Source: Pseudomonadota bacterium (lineage in GTDB: Bacteria > Myxococcota_A > UBA9042 > GCA-2863065). From it: a stretch of DNA of 64,000 bases. A program made the translations under genes and the position numbers. The notes under the pieces are model-generated. The model was not told where the DNA came from. It worked only from the letters and a program-made list of their open reading frames with translations, and made no database searches. This document shows, in pieces, positions 10,201-18,540 of this stretch; position 1 is the first letter of the stretch; the number at the start of each line of letters is the position of its first letter. The DNA is taken from assembly GCA_002863065.1 (NCBI GenBank), contig PKDL01000512.1, positions 1,190 to 65,189 of the forward strand, read 5' to 3'.

Positions 10201-10595
10201 CCGCTCCCGACGAGCGAGGGCTGCCCCAGCTGTAGAGTGCCGCTTGGTCCGGTATGCTCGATGGTGGCCGTGCCTTGAACCACGGTTCCGACCGCTACAT
10301 TGTCGAAAAAGATCGCCTCGGGCACGACATTGATAGCGAGGTCGGCTCCCCGCTCTAGTTGTCCCGAGCATCCCGAGGTTCCCAACAGCACCGTGCATAT
10401 GACGAGCTTGAGGGCAGCATATCGGAGTGGAGTTATCGGATTGGGACATGTCGAACGCACGCCGCCACCTTGTCGGACTTGGCTCTTTCCGGTCAAGTCT
10501 AACTTCTCGAAGATCAGATATGGGCTAGGTACATGACCATTTACCGCGGGGCGTAAATCGCTACGCTTACTGACACTGCGGTTCGAATTGCTCAA
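7281..10595 (-). CDS. giant surface lipoprotein / adhesin with repeated beta-sandwich domains and C-terminal von Willebrand factor A (VWA) domain
   Basis: Lipobox VLLGTSGCSG. There are many ~100-aa beta-rich repeats. A VWA MIDAS motif, DILFVVDNSGSMGDEQ, is followed by a Cys/Gly-rich tail (CGGGGNACDPCDEC). The annotated start overlaps the upstream FHA gene by 29 nt, so the true start is probably slightly downstream. Confidence 0.75.
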   Translation of the reverse strand: MSNSNRSVSKRSDLRPAVNGHVPSPYLIFEKLDLTGKSQVRQGGGVRSTCPNPITPLRYAALKLVICTVLLGTSGCSGQLERGADLAINVVPEAIFFDNVAVGTVVQGTATIEHTGPSGTLQLGQPSLVGSGEFRILGLSQTALLPGETSILRVEYSPTDQASDSGAVALPHNIPNTAPYVISLVATPQRPVIEATPYRLDFDGVEAETTKTLPLTLRNTGTYPADIDRLGLDLFGGAPFTLPDGLEFPMRVDVGESLDVNITFSPINTGDDTAYEAQLRVDSPQLAIDGRVIPITGVSRHQMMGINPGIVTFGWVTMGTQALRDVVIRNEGLQSLEISSIKLVDTAATVGALGLPESPFVLAPLQSRTITITFKPLEANEDEKLGSLVIDSNDYVVPTRQVQITGRGARPAISFIPESPVDFGIVAVQHRHVRPLQIVNLGDIPLLIDELQITEGQDLGFEVIALPTLPLLLAPNGSALVQLGYTNPGNMDGLTWGRLSVSSNDPVSPDAGVDLRARNTGFPGCEPRFDPPLVHFGTLASGSQTTRELRVRNDGSMPCIYKNASIVDCTAQTGLCQTQPGVSDSFFVQSPTPAENSVILWDQPLSLQIKYKPALETSSDGAIPVITLQNGTNGSLLQYSSAAGGITPVLRGDVGTAGVRVNPNSVTWPLTTVGCVGTSREIEVTRVGPQPIDLKSIDTTLCGDHFTFESLPDVPVPLYVDAGDAVSVFVQFTPTQPGLHQCVIPFEPSEPNAGVGTLELTGVAAESPQRIDVFEQVDDVDVDILFVVDNSGSMGDEQATLSAGFDGFIAQAQVWNVKYQIGVVSTDLNDEGRLLGAMPWVDNASTSVFADSVLLGTEGSGDERGLQTAWLALQPDMLVDYGIPCINNAECNAQFANSQCVKGICGGPNRGFVREEALLAIIWVSDEQDHACMTPVIDFVDYFKTLKGNNVKGYAIVGNPKSPADPIGGCGGGGNACDPCDECSFGGNPFGGPGQGAEAGTRYAEAADALGGFWSSICDFGAEGVDQPSLLEEIGKDAFKPLDTFELSEPAVPDSVQVFVDDDSCDDFIYDPASNTIAFPNLESHCFPGPNALIEVIYDAPCAL

Positions 10596-12606
10596 TCAGT
10601 CGTCGGAATTGAGCAGACTTAGACCCGCCTGGCCGAAGTTTCACATAACTACGCATATGACGCAGAGCAGTGCATTTCTTACCCTGGGCCATGAGCACTA
10701 TTGCCAACTCAGAACGGCAACTGGCCATGCCGCCGTGAGTTGATAAACATTTTTTGTAAAGGGCGGTAGCTTCACTGAGGCGTCCTGATCGTTTCGCTGC
10801 TCTCGCTTGCTCATAGAACGCTTTGGCTTGCTCCAGTTTGCTCTCACGACTGAGCTTTTTGGAATCCGCTGTCGGCTTATTACCTTTCCGACCATTGTCT
10901 TTGCTTTCGGCAACTTTTTTCTTCGCCTTTCGCAGGCCTGCTCGGGCCTGTGAGCTGCGTTTGTCGTATTCCAATGCCTCGCGATAGGCAGTCGTAGCGG
11001 AAGCGTATCGTTTGTTCTTGAAGGCCCGTTCAGCTCGAGTAAGGGCATTTGCAACGATCACTTGCGTCGCTTTCAATTTGACGGACTTAAGTTCCGATGC
11101 GGTCGCTTTTGCGGGCGCTAGCTTCAGTCCATCTTTGGCTTCGCTATAGGCTCGTTTCCAATTCCGTTTTTTTAGTGCCAGTTTCGCAGACGCTAATGCT
11201 TGGTCCGCCGCCTCTTCAACAGCGATTCGGTTTAGAAGTGCGTCCACTCCGTCCACTTGCGGATTGACCTTCAGCGCTGCGCCAATCTTCGCGCGTGCTG
11301 CGGCATAGCGCGCTGCTTCAACATCTATTTTAGCTGCTGCGAGTAGCTGCTCGGTCGTAGGCTCAACGATTTTCGTTTCGTCCGCTTCCAGTTCCTTAGT
11401 TCCTGTGGAATCCGGCTCTCTATCTAAAGCTGCTGATCCTTCAGGAGCTTGACGTTCGGTTTGGTCGTTGCCTGATGGCTCAGCGGCTTTGGCCTGTGGA
11501 TCGTTACGCGATGGATTAGAGTCTGCTGCAGCTAATGTCACCGGACCAGTGTTGCTGGTCCCCGGCTGCTTAGTTTTCGGTGTGTTTATTTCACCTCGCT
11601 TGTTTGGAGCAGATGACGTCGACTCGGATACGGTCACTGGTGATGTCTGAATATTTTTCAGCCGCGTAGATGTTGGGGTGGGTTGAGAGAAGTAGGAAAA
11701 CCAGGCTCCGACGATTACGACTCCAACCGCGAGCAATCCTGCGAGTGCAAATCGGCCCAGATTGGATGGGGCTTCGGCAGCGACGGGAATATCGGCCGGA
11801 GATGGGAATGATCTATCGCTAGCTTCGAGGAATTTTAGAACGACATGACCCAGCTCTAGTTCATCACCGCTGTGGAGATCAGAACGCTTGTAAAAGTCTC
11901 CATTCACCCGGATACCGTTCGCACTGTCCAGGTCGCGGACCGTGTAGGTCCCGTCAGACCAGACGATCTTGGCGTGGTTTCTCGAAATGGACCTGTGGTC
12001 TATCTGCACATTGTTATCGTCCGTGCGGCCAATAACTGTCGGTGTTTGAGTGATCCTTATTTCTCGCTGCCGAACATTGTCCGATAAGATGACCAGCCGA
12101 GCTTGCGCTTGCTTCGGTATTTCTCGGGCGTTGTCATCATCCAGAATTTCATTGATATCACCTACCTTAATCACCGATGTGACGCCGTCTGCAGGTGAGC
12201 CGGTTCGATGGATATCGATGGGTGCGGGCGGGTCAATGACGGTGTCTGCTCTGGATGCAGCCGCTGCCGCTGCCGCTGCTTGTACGGTAAGAGCGAGGCG
12301 ATAATCCCCTATTTCGATGACATCACCCGGGGTAATTCTGGTTTGCCCCTGGATGACTGAACCATTGACGCGAGTACCAAACCGGGCGGCGACTTCTTCG
12401 AAGACCATGCCTCCGTCTGATGCCTGGCGCAATCGCCCATGGCGACGGGATACGTTTCGATCGGTCAGACGAATGGTGTTCCCTTCTTGTCGGCCGATGG
12501 TGACTTCGTTGCGCACCAATGGGACGATGGTTGAGTTGCCTTCATCGTCCTGGATATGAAGTTTTAACACCGACAAACGCCCTCCACCGCGCGATCTAGC
12601 CGTCAC
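10567..12606 (-). CDS. FHA-domain protein: 2 N-terminal FHA domains, poly-Ala linker, TM helix, periplasmic TPR-like helical repeats
   Basis: FHA signatures TIGRQEGNTIRLTDRNVSRRHGRL and TVIGRTDDNNVQIDHRSISRNHAKI. TM helix FALAGLLAVGVVIVGAWFSYF. A Lys/Ala-rich helical C-terminal repeat region follows. Confidence 0.8.
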   Translation of the reverse strand: MTARSRGGGRLSVLKLHIQDDEGNSTIVPLVRNEVTIGRQEGNTIRLTDRNVSRRHGRLRQASDGGMVFEEVAARFGTRVNGSVIQGQTRITPGDVIEIGDYRLALTVQAAAAAAAASRADTVIDPPAPIDIHRTGSPADGVTSVIKVGDINEILDDDNAREIPKQAQARLVILSDNVRQREIRITQTPTVIGRTDDNNVQIDHRSISRNHAKIVWSDGTYTVRDLDSANGIRVNGDFYKRSDLHSGDELELGHVVLKFLEASDRSFPSPADIPVAAEAPSNLGRFALAGLLAVGVVIVGAWFSYFSQPTPTSTRLKNIQTSPVTVSESTSSAPNKRGEINTPKTKQPGTSNTGPVTLAAADSNPSRNDPQAKAAEPSGNDQTERQAPEGSAALDREPDSTGTKELEADETKIVEPTTEQLLAAAKIDVEAARYAAARAKIGAALKVNPQVDGVDALLNRIAVEEAADQALASAKLALKKRNWKRAYSEAKDGLKLAPAKATASELKSVKLKATQVIVANALTRAERAFKNKRYASATTAYREALEYDKRSSQARAGLRKAKKKVAESKDNGRKGNKPTADSKKLSRESKLEQAKAFYEQARAAKRSGRLSEATALYKKCLSTHGGMASCRSELAIVLMAQGKKCTALRHMRSYVKLRPGGSKSAQFRRLIEQFEPQCQ

Positions 12607-13066
12607 GATCCAGGTTCACGGATCTTCGAACTGGTGTGACGACAACGCTGCGTGTTGCACACGATAACGCACCTTGCCCCTTCGCTCCAACGTCCGTCCA
12701 TCAGATGTCGTCAAGTCGGGGGCTTAATCTGCTGTCAAAGACCTTAATAAAGCACAAAATTATGCATACGTTTAGGGACTTTAGCGTCCCATAGATCGAA
12801 TTGCGATGTCGTGCGTTGCAGCTCAGCATGACCATCGGGCGATATGACCTGGATACATCAACGCATTGTGTCTCATCGCACACAGTGGCGAGTAAGACGG
12901 TACACCAATGCGCAAATACATTAGCGGCCATCAGTTCGCATGGTCCCGTTTTAACAGTCGGCACGACTTTTGGAGAGCAGCGCAGTGTGCCCACTGGGTG
13001 TAATTACTTGGCCGTTGGTCACAGCGCGCTTGAATCGTTGGCCATCGCGCCAGAGGAGGTTGATCC

Positions 13067-13660
13067 ATGAGTGACATCAGACGGACACGTGAGCAAAAGC
13101 AACGCTTTGAAAGCCTCGCGATCGTGCATCTCGATGACATGTACAATGCAGCATTACGATTGACCCGTAATGAGCGAGATGCCGAGGACTTGGTTCAGGA
13201 GAGCTACCTCAAGGCGTTTCGGTCATTTCATCAATTTCAGCCGGGCACAAATTGTCGTGCATGGTTGCTTCGCATACAGACAAATACCTTCATTAATCGG
13301 TACCGGCGGCGGGTGAAGGAACGGGATATCCTGTCTCGGCAAGAAAACGGATCCTTGGACCATTCGCTAGTTTGTCGTGAGTCGATCGATCGATATTCAA
13401 ATCCAGAGCGTACCCTGGTGGTCCTCGGACTATCGGATGATGTGACTCGGGCATTGGCTGAGGTTCCTACAGAATTCAGAGAGGCAGTCATCCTTTCGGA
13501 TTTGGCGGGTCTGTCCTACCGTGAAGTGGCTGCGCAGATGGGGACCCCGGTTGGTACTGTCATGTCCCGACTGCATCGAGGGCGCCGGATCCTTCGGGAA
13601 TCATTGTCCGCGTTCGCCAGCGAGCGTGGCATTTTGCGAACTCAGCGCAGCGTCGCTTGA
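13067..13660 (+). CDS. ECF-type RNA polymerase sigma factor
   Basis: Sigma-70 region 2 ([20 protein letters not shown]...[19 protein letters not shown]) and region 4 ([28 protein letters not shown]). 197 aa. No separately encoded anti-sigma gene is evident downstream. Confidence 0.85.
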   Translation: MSDIRRTREQKQRFESLAIVHLDDMYNAALRLTRNERDAEDLVQESYLKAFRSFHQFQPGTNCRAWLLRIQTNTFINRYRRRVKERDILSRQENGSLDHSLVCRESIDRYSNPERTLVVLGLSDDVTRALAEVPTEFREAVILSDLAGLSYREVAAQMGTPVGTVMSRLHRGRRILRESLSAFASERGILRTQRSVA

Positions 13661-13712
13661 GTCGCTTTCGGGTTATCGGAGTCAGGTGCGCGTATCCGAC
13701 CGTGAAATGACG

Positions 13713-15617
13713 TCAGATGGATACAGCTGGGTTATTGTTTTGCTGTGCTGCTGTGTAAATCGATTTAGGCTCACATGCGGCCGTCTTGGTAACGCACGTA
13801 TCGCTGCCCGTTGAGTTAGCATCGGACCAGGCACTAAGCCCGCCAGTCAGTTTGGTGTCGCCAACCTTGTATTCTTCGTCGTTGATGACGAAGACGAATT
13901 CCGCGACATCTCCAGCAGCCAGGAGTCCGTCATGTTTGCCTGCGTACAGCGATAGCACAAAAGTATACACCCCATCGCCTGCGGTGAGATCACCGTTTAG
14001 TCCGTCATCGGCGAGTGTGATGAGACTCCAACCCCAAGCACTTCCCTTGACTTGAATTTGAGACAAGGTGACTTCAGCGAACGGGTCATCTAGTGCGTTC
14101 GTATCAAGCTCAAGTCGGAGGTTGATGGTGCCATGTGGTTCCAGGGTCAACCCTGGCGGATCAACCATTGTCGCACCTGGTCCGACGGTGAAGGTTCCAT
14201 TGTCTCCGGTCCATATCCACTCGCCGCTACTTCCATCTGCATAATCTCGCACCATGCCATATTCGTAGATGTCGGTACTTTCGGACGGTATCCATGCCGT
14301 CAGTCCCCAAATATGGTCATTAGCCGTCGCTCCTATAGGTTCATGGCCACCCTCCGTCCACGGGCCGTCGTCATGAAGAGGAGCAAAGGGGCCATTCCAG
14401 TCCGCATCGTATGTCATTGAACGGGTGTTGGATGCGTAGCTGAAGCTGCCCTTCACTGCGAGGCCATCCGATATGTCGTATGTTTGGTTCGCGGAGTCAT
14501 CAAGAACGAAGTTGACACCCATGGTTTCCTCAAGCGGAGCCCAGGGTATGACTACGTAGGTATTTTGGTCTCCATCGGGTTGGTTTTGGACGTCGAGCTC
14601 GATCCATTCACCGGCGAGCCTAACCTCGCATCGCGCACCCCCCTCCTCTGCAGGAGGGACACCAAGCACTTTGTATTCAATATCATCGAGTACGAAAACG
14701 AACTCCGGCAGTGCCCCCGGATTGAGAAGTCCATTGTTGGGGAGTTCTGTGTCTGGGCCGGTGATGGTTCCTAGTGTGACAGAGTAAATCCCGTCGTTAG
14801 GAATGGCGTCCATAGAGCCATCGTCGGTCATGGGTTGTTCGCTCCACCCCCATGCCGAGCTTTTGACTTCAACAAATTGTGGTGGTTCCAACATAAAGGA
14901 GGGGTCGATTTCGGACGTATCAATGCTAATCCGAGCATCAATCCAGCCGTGTGCCTCTATCGTTAGACCCTGTACTGCGATGGTTTCTTCTGAATACGCT
15001 GGAACGGTAAATGTTCCGTTGTCGGTTGCCCAAATCCATTCACCGTCTGACCCATCGATGGAATTTCGGATGGCTCCATATTCGAAAACAGTATCTGACA
15101 ATGGACTGCCAACATTGACCGCGACCGACCATACGGAGTCCCCGGCGATTTGGTCTTCGGGTTCGTGCCCACCATCACTTCTTGGTCCATCATCCCAGAG
15201 CGGTACGAATGGGCCACTCCAGGCGCCATCGAATGTTACGATATTGTCGTCTTCGTCGAAGCTGAAGCTGCCCTTCCATGCAAGGCCATCCTCAGCGGTA
15301 TAGGTCTTATTCGCTGAATCATCCACGAGGAACGTGAGCGTAGCGACGGTATCGCTGACGGATACGGCATCGAGTCCATCTACGCCATCTACAGCGTCCA
15401 TACCATCGTTAGTATCGTCGCCGTCTACCGAGTCGTTGGCATCCATGCCGTCGGTTGTGTCGGTATAATCACTCGCGCCGCTATCGTCGTTTGCTGAGAT
15501 TGGTTCTGACGTGTCCGCTTGTTCATCAGGCAATAGCTTCGTGGGTTCGCAACCAATCATGAGCGCAATTGAGCCGATCAGTACGATGTGTATTGAAAGT
15601 TGCTCTGCGTTTTTCAT
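13713..15617 (-). CDS. surface lipoprotein with acidic N-terminal linker and two tandem ~250-aa domains of unknown function; possibly glycan-binding
   Basis: Lipobox LMIGCEP. An Asp-rich low-complexity linker follows. An internal duplication is visible: LVDDSANKTYTAEDGLAWKGSFSF...DGPRSDGGHEPEDQIAGDSVWSV matches FVLDDSANQTYDISDGLAVKGSFSY...DGPWTEGGHEPIGATANDHIWGL. The gene is adjacent to the mal transporter operon. Confidence 0.55.
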   Translation of the reverse strand: MKNAEQLSIHIVLIGSIALMIGCEPTKLLPDEQADTSEPISANDDSGASDYTDTTDGMDANDSVDGDDTNDGMDAVDGVDGLDAVSVSDTVATLTFLVDDSANKTYTAEDGLAWKGSFSFDEDDNIVTFDGAWSGPFVPLWDDGPRSDGGHEPEDQIAGDSVWSVAVNVGSPLSDTVFEYGAIRNSIDGSDGEWIWATDNGTFTVPAYSEETIAVQGLTIEAHGWIDARISIDTSEIDPSFMLEPPQFVEVKSSAWGWSEQPMTDDGSMDAIPNDGIYSVTLGTITGPDTELPNNGLLNPGALPEFVFVLDDIEYKVLGVPPAEEGGARCEVRLAGEWIELDVQNQPDGDQNTYVVIPWAPLEETMGVNFVLDDSANQTYDISDGLAVKGSFSYASNTRSMTYDADWNGPFAPLHDDGPWTEGGHEPIGATANDHIWGLTAWIPSESTDIYEYGMVRDYADGSSGEWIWTGDNGTFTVGPGATMVDPPGLTLEPHGTINLRLELDTNALDDPFAEVTLSQIQVKGSAWGWSLITLADDGLNGDLTAGDGVYTFVLSLYAGKHDGLLAAGDVAEFVFVINDEEYKVGDTKLTGGLSAWSDANSTGSDTCVTKTAACEPKSIYTAAQQNNNPAVSI

Positions 15618-15694
15618 CGCTTGGTGTTTCTCCTTGCATCAGTTCGGTGGCGATGCCTTCTGAGCATACAAATTTTTCGGATACGTCGTCCGGT

Positions 15695-16567
15695 CTACCC
15701 TTTGACTGCGCCGGCGGTGAGACCGGAAACGATGTATTTTTGGAGCTTGTAAAATAATGCCATCACGGGCATTGAGACGATGATAGATGCTGCAGCAAAT
15801 GACCCCCAGTACGTCGATTTCGGGTCTGCATATCGCTGGATCGTGACTGGAAGAGTGAACATTTTGGGGTCATTATTGAAGGTAAATGCGAGTACGAACT
15901 CATTCCAAGCCGTCATAAAACTAAAGAGCGCTGTGACTGCAATCGCGGGTGCTGCCAGGGGAAGAATGATCCGGACAAAAACCGTTAGTCTGCTTGCTCC
16001 ATCCATAATAGCGGACTCTTCCAATTCTTTAGGGATGGTGTCGAAGTACCCCTTCAGCATCCATACACAGAATGGGATAGCGGTAGTTGAGTAGACCAGA
16101 GTGAGTCCCACTAGACTGTCCAGTAAGTTGAGATGTCCGAGCAAGATGAACAGCGGTATGAGCATTAAGACCCCCGGGAACATCTGAGTCACCAAAAAAA
16201 GATTCATACCCGTTCGGCGTCCATAGAACCGGAACCGTGAGAATGCATAGGCTGCAGTAGTCGCTAAGAAGACGCCCACAAATGTGGTTGCAGCGCTCAC
16301 TACGAGTGAGTTCCAAAGCTGCGGCCCAAAGAGCCAAACACCCTCATCGTCAGTGTTACCAAAAACGGCGTAGAAATGGTCCAACGTCCAGCTCTGGTCG
16401 AACGGATTCAATGAGGTGAGGAATCCTTGACCCGGAGCAAGTGCTTTTCTCACCACTAGCAAGACAGGGATTAGCACCAGCGCTGTAAGGGGGATAAGCA
16501 CAAAGTGCGGCCAAGCATCGCCGAGACGCCTACCCCTTGCCCCATTTTTCGGGCTTGATGCAGTCAT
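15695..16567 (-). CDS. malG: maltose/maltodextrin-type ABC transporter permease (MalG-like)
   Basis: 6-TM permease with EAA-loop motif EESAIMDGASRLTVFVRIILPLAAPAI. The gene is last in the operon. Confidence 0.8.
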   Translation of the reverse strand: MTASSPKNGARGRRLGDAWPHFVLIPLTALVLIPVLLVVRKALAPGQGFLTSLNPFDQSWTLDHFYAVFGNTDDEGVWLFGPQLWNSLVVSAATTFVGVFLATTAAYAFSRFRFYGRRTGMNLFLVTQMFPGVLMLIPLFILLGHLNLLDSLVGLTLVYSTTAIPFCVWMLKGYFDTIPKELEESAIMDGASRLTVFVRIILPLAAPAIAVTALFSFMTAWNEFVLAFTFNNDPKMFTLPVTIQRYADPKSTYWGSFAAASIIVSMPVMALFYKLQKYIVSGLTAGAVKG

Positions 16568-18540
16568 TCCATCGCTCCTTCAGCAGCTTTTGTGATTCGG
16601 TTGGTGACAAACGTGTAGCTCAGCAGCATACAGAAAATAAGTACGGCGTATGCCGCGGCGTAGCCATGTCGATGTTGCTCATGGAATGCGCGGTAGGCTT
16701 CTGTGATCAATATCTCTGTTCCGCCCCCTCCCATACTGACGAGGTAGATGATGTTGAACATATTGAATGTCCAGATCGTGCCTAGTATCACTGCTGGGAG
16801 TAGCGCCGGCTTCAAAAGGGGGATTGTGATCATCTTCAGGCGTTGCCATTTTGATGCTCCATCCAGCTCGGCGGCTTCATACAATCCCGACGGAATGGAT
16901 TGCAGTGCGCCGAGACATACCACCATCATAAAGGGAAAGCCGAGCCACGTATTCGCCACTAGATTCGGTATGAAATTGGTCCAGAAGTTGTCATCGAACC
17001 ACGATATGGGTTCCACGCCAAACGAGCCGAACAAGCTATTGATGGGGCCGTCTCGACCGATAAACATCGACCTCCACATCAGCGCGGTAATATAATTGGG
17101 TACGGCCCATGGCAGAATGAGCAGTGTTCGGTAGAACTTTCGACCCGCTAGGTTAGGCCGGTTCAGTATCAGTGCTAATGCAAGTCCGATTGCTACGTGC
17201 AGAAATACATTCGAAGTAGTCCAGAGGACGGTAACACCGAGTGTACGCCAGAAGTTGATATCAGAGGTTTCTTCAGGCGCCATGATCTCGGCGAAGTTTC
17301 CAAACCCGATAAAGTCATACGCATTACCTTCAAGGTGGTAGCGATAGAATGATAAGCCTATCCCGGTAACAAATGGGAAGATAACGAGGACGATAAGTCC
17401 AATCACTGCTGGCCCAGTATACCCGTAGGTTCCAGGGGCCTCGTAGATGCCTTGGAGCAGCTTTGAGACGGGCCCGGATATGAATAGTAAAAGCGCTGTG
17501 GTAGCGATGATCCAGAGTGTAAAGTCCACGGAAGGTGCGCCGGTAATCTGGGTGCTGATATCCGGATGGAGGTGCACTGAAGCATCATCATTGCCGATTC
17601 GCGATTCGAGCGAGTTGATAGCAGATGCGGGCAAGCTGCTGGGTATCCGCTCTAGGCGCAGAGCACCGTCCCCGGACCAGGGCTCTCGGTCTGGTATTGG
17701 AGAGACAAGGGCTACTGGCTCCACGCTGTCGGCATATGATTGAATTTTTAGAAGATCTTCGGCGCGCTCAACGAGATGTTGCCGGACCTCTTCATCAACT
17801 TGTTCGGGTAGCCATATGGAGAGAGCAGCGGCGAGGGTGCAGGCTGATACTACTATTGCCACCAGTGCGCGTTTCGGAAATGCGATGGTGCCCCCAATGG
17901 CTAAGAGAGCCGCCAGAAGCGCTAGTAGCCATAGACCCGTCGGTGCTTCGGTGACCGGCGACTCGACTCGGACCAGCGCCGCCGACAAGGCTGAGACCTT
18001 GTCATCTACCAGCACGGGCGCATATGCCGCAACGCGTAAATAGTTGGGTTCAGCGACACTGACCTGGACCAGCTCTGAAAGGCGTATTGCACGCGTACTG
18101 TCTTTATCTTCGAAGAGTGTTGCAAGGTGGTTGGCTCGGTCAGAGACCAGTGAATCGAGGGATTCAACGGCTCCCGTGTGTCCGTGCAGAGACCAAACGG
18201 TCTCTGCACGGCGCGCCACCCCGAAGTCGTCAGTTGTGCCCATATCAACCACAAGATGACGAAGCACATCTGGGGCGTTTTGGCCCACTGCGTTGCCGTA
18301 TCCGATTAGATGGGGGCTTCTTTGGCCATGGCCTGCTTCCATTATCCGCGCAGCAGCTCTGGCGTGACCCAGCGTACGATAGAGCACGCGGTCTTCGGCT
18401 AGGCCACGTTGAAACCGGTTGATAGCATTGGTCCCAACCCAGGTTGCAAGTCCCAAAATCAGGAGATATCCGGCGACCATAAACGATGAGCGCCGCTTGC
18501 CGGGTAGAAATATCACCTTATTTGATACCTGACCGCCCAC
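16564..18540 (-). CDS. malF: maltodextrin-type ABC transporter permease (MalF-like) with ~330-aa N-terminal membrane/periplasmic extension
   Basis: The C-terminal half contains LYEAAELDGASKWQRLKMITIPLLKPAL (EAA motif) and a MalF-like TM topology. A GTG start overlaps the malE stop (TAGTG). Confidence 0.75.
   Translation of the reverse strand: MGGQVSNKVIFLPGKRRSSFMVAGYLLILGLATWVGTNAINRFQRGLAEDRVLYRTLGHARAAARIMEAGHGQRSPHLIGYGNAVGQNAPDVLRHLVVDMGTTDDFGVARRAETVWSLHGHTGAVESLDSLVSDRANHLATLFEDKDSTRAIRLSELVQVSVAEPNYLRVAAYAPVLVDDKVSALSAALVRVESPVTEAPTGLWLLALLAALLAIGGTIAFPKRALVAIVVSACTLAAALSIWLPEQVDEEVRQHLVERAEDLLKIQSYADSVEPVALVSPIPDREPWSGDGALRLERIPSSLPASAINSLESRIGNDDASVHLHPDISTQITGAPSVDFTLWIIATTALLLFISGPVSKLLQGIYEAPGTYGYTGPAVIGLIVLVIFPFVTGIGLSFYRYHLEGNAYDFIGFGNFAEIMAPEETSDINFWRTLGVTVLWTTSNVFLHVAIGLALALILNRPNLAGRKFYRTLLILPWAVPNYITALMWRSMFIGRDGPINSLFGSFGVEPISWFDDNFWTNFIPNLVANTWLGFPFMMVVCLGALQSIPSGLYEAAELDGASKWQRLKMITIPLLKPALLPAVILGTIWTFNMFNIIYLVSMGGGGTEILITEAYRAFHEQHRHGYAAAYAVLIFCMLLSYTFVTNRITKAAEGAME

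Noticed and set aside
12701-13070. Small ORFs (97 aa minus strand, 89 aa plus strand) in the FHA/ECF-sigma intergenic region
   Set aside because: They overlap each other on opposite strands in an AT-richer promoter region and have no SD or motifs. They more probably reflect non-coding regulatory DNA.
13521-13814. 97-aa Cys-containing ORF that could be mistaken for a zinc-finger anti-sigma factor paired with the ECF sigma
   Set aside because: It starts 140 nt inside the sigma gene in another frame and runs into the convergent lipoprotein gene. There is no TM helix or anti-sigma domain pattern. It is most likely a spurious overlap ORF.
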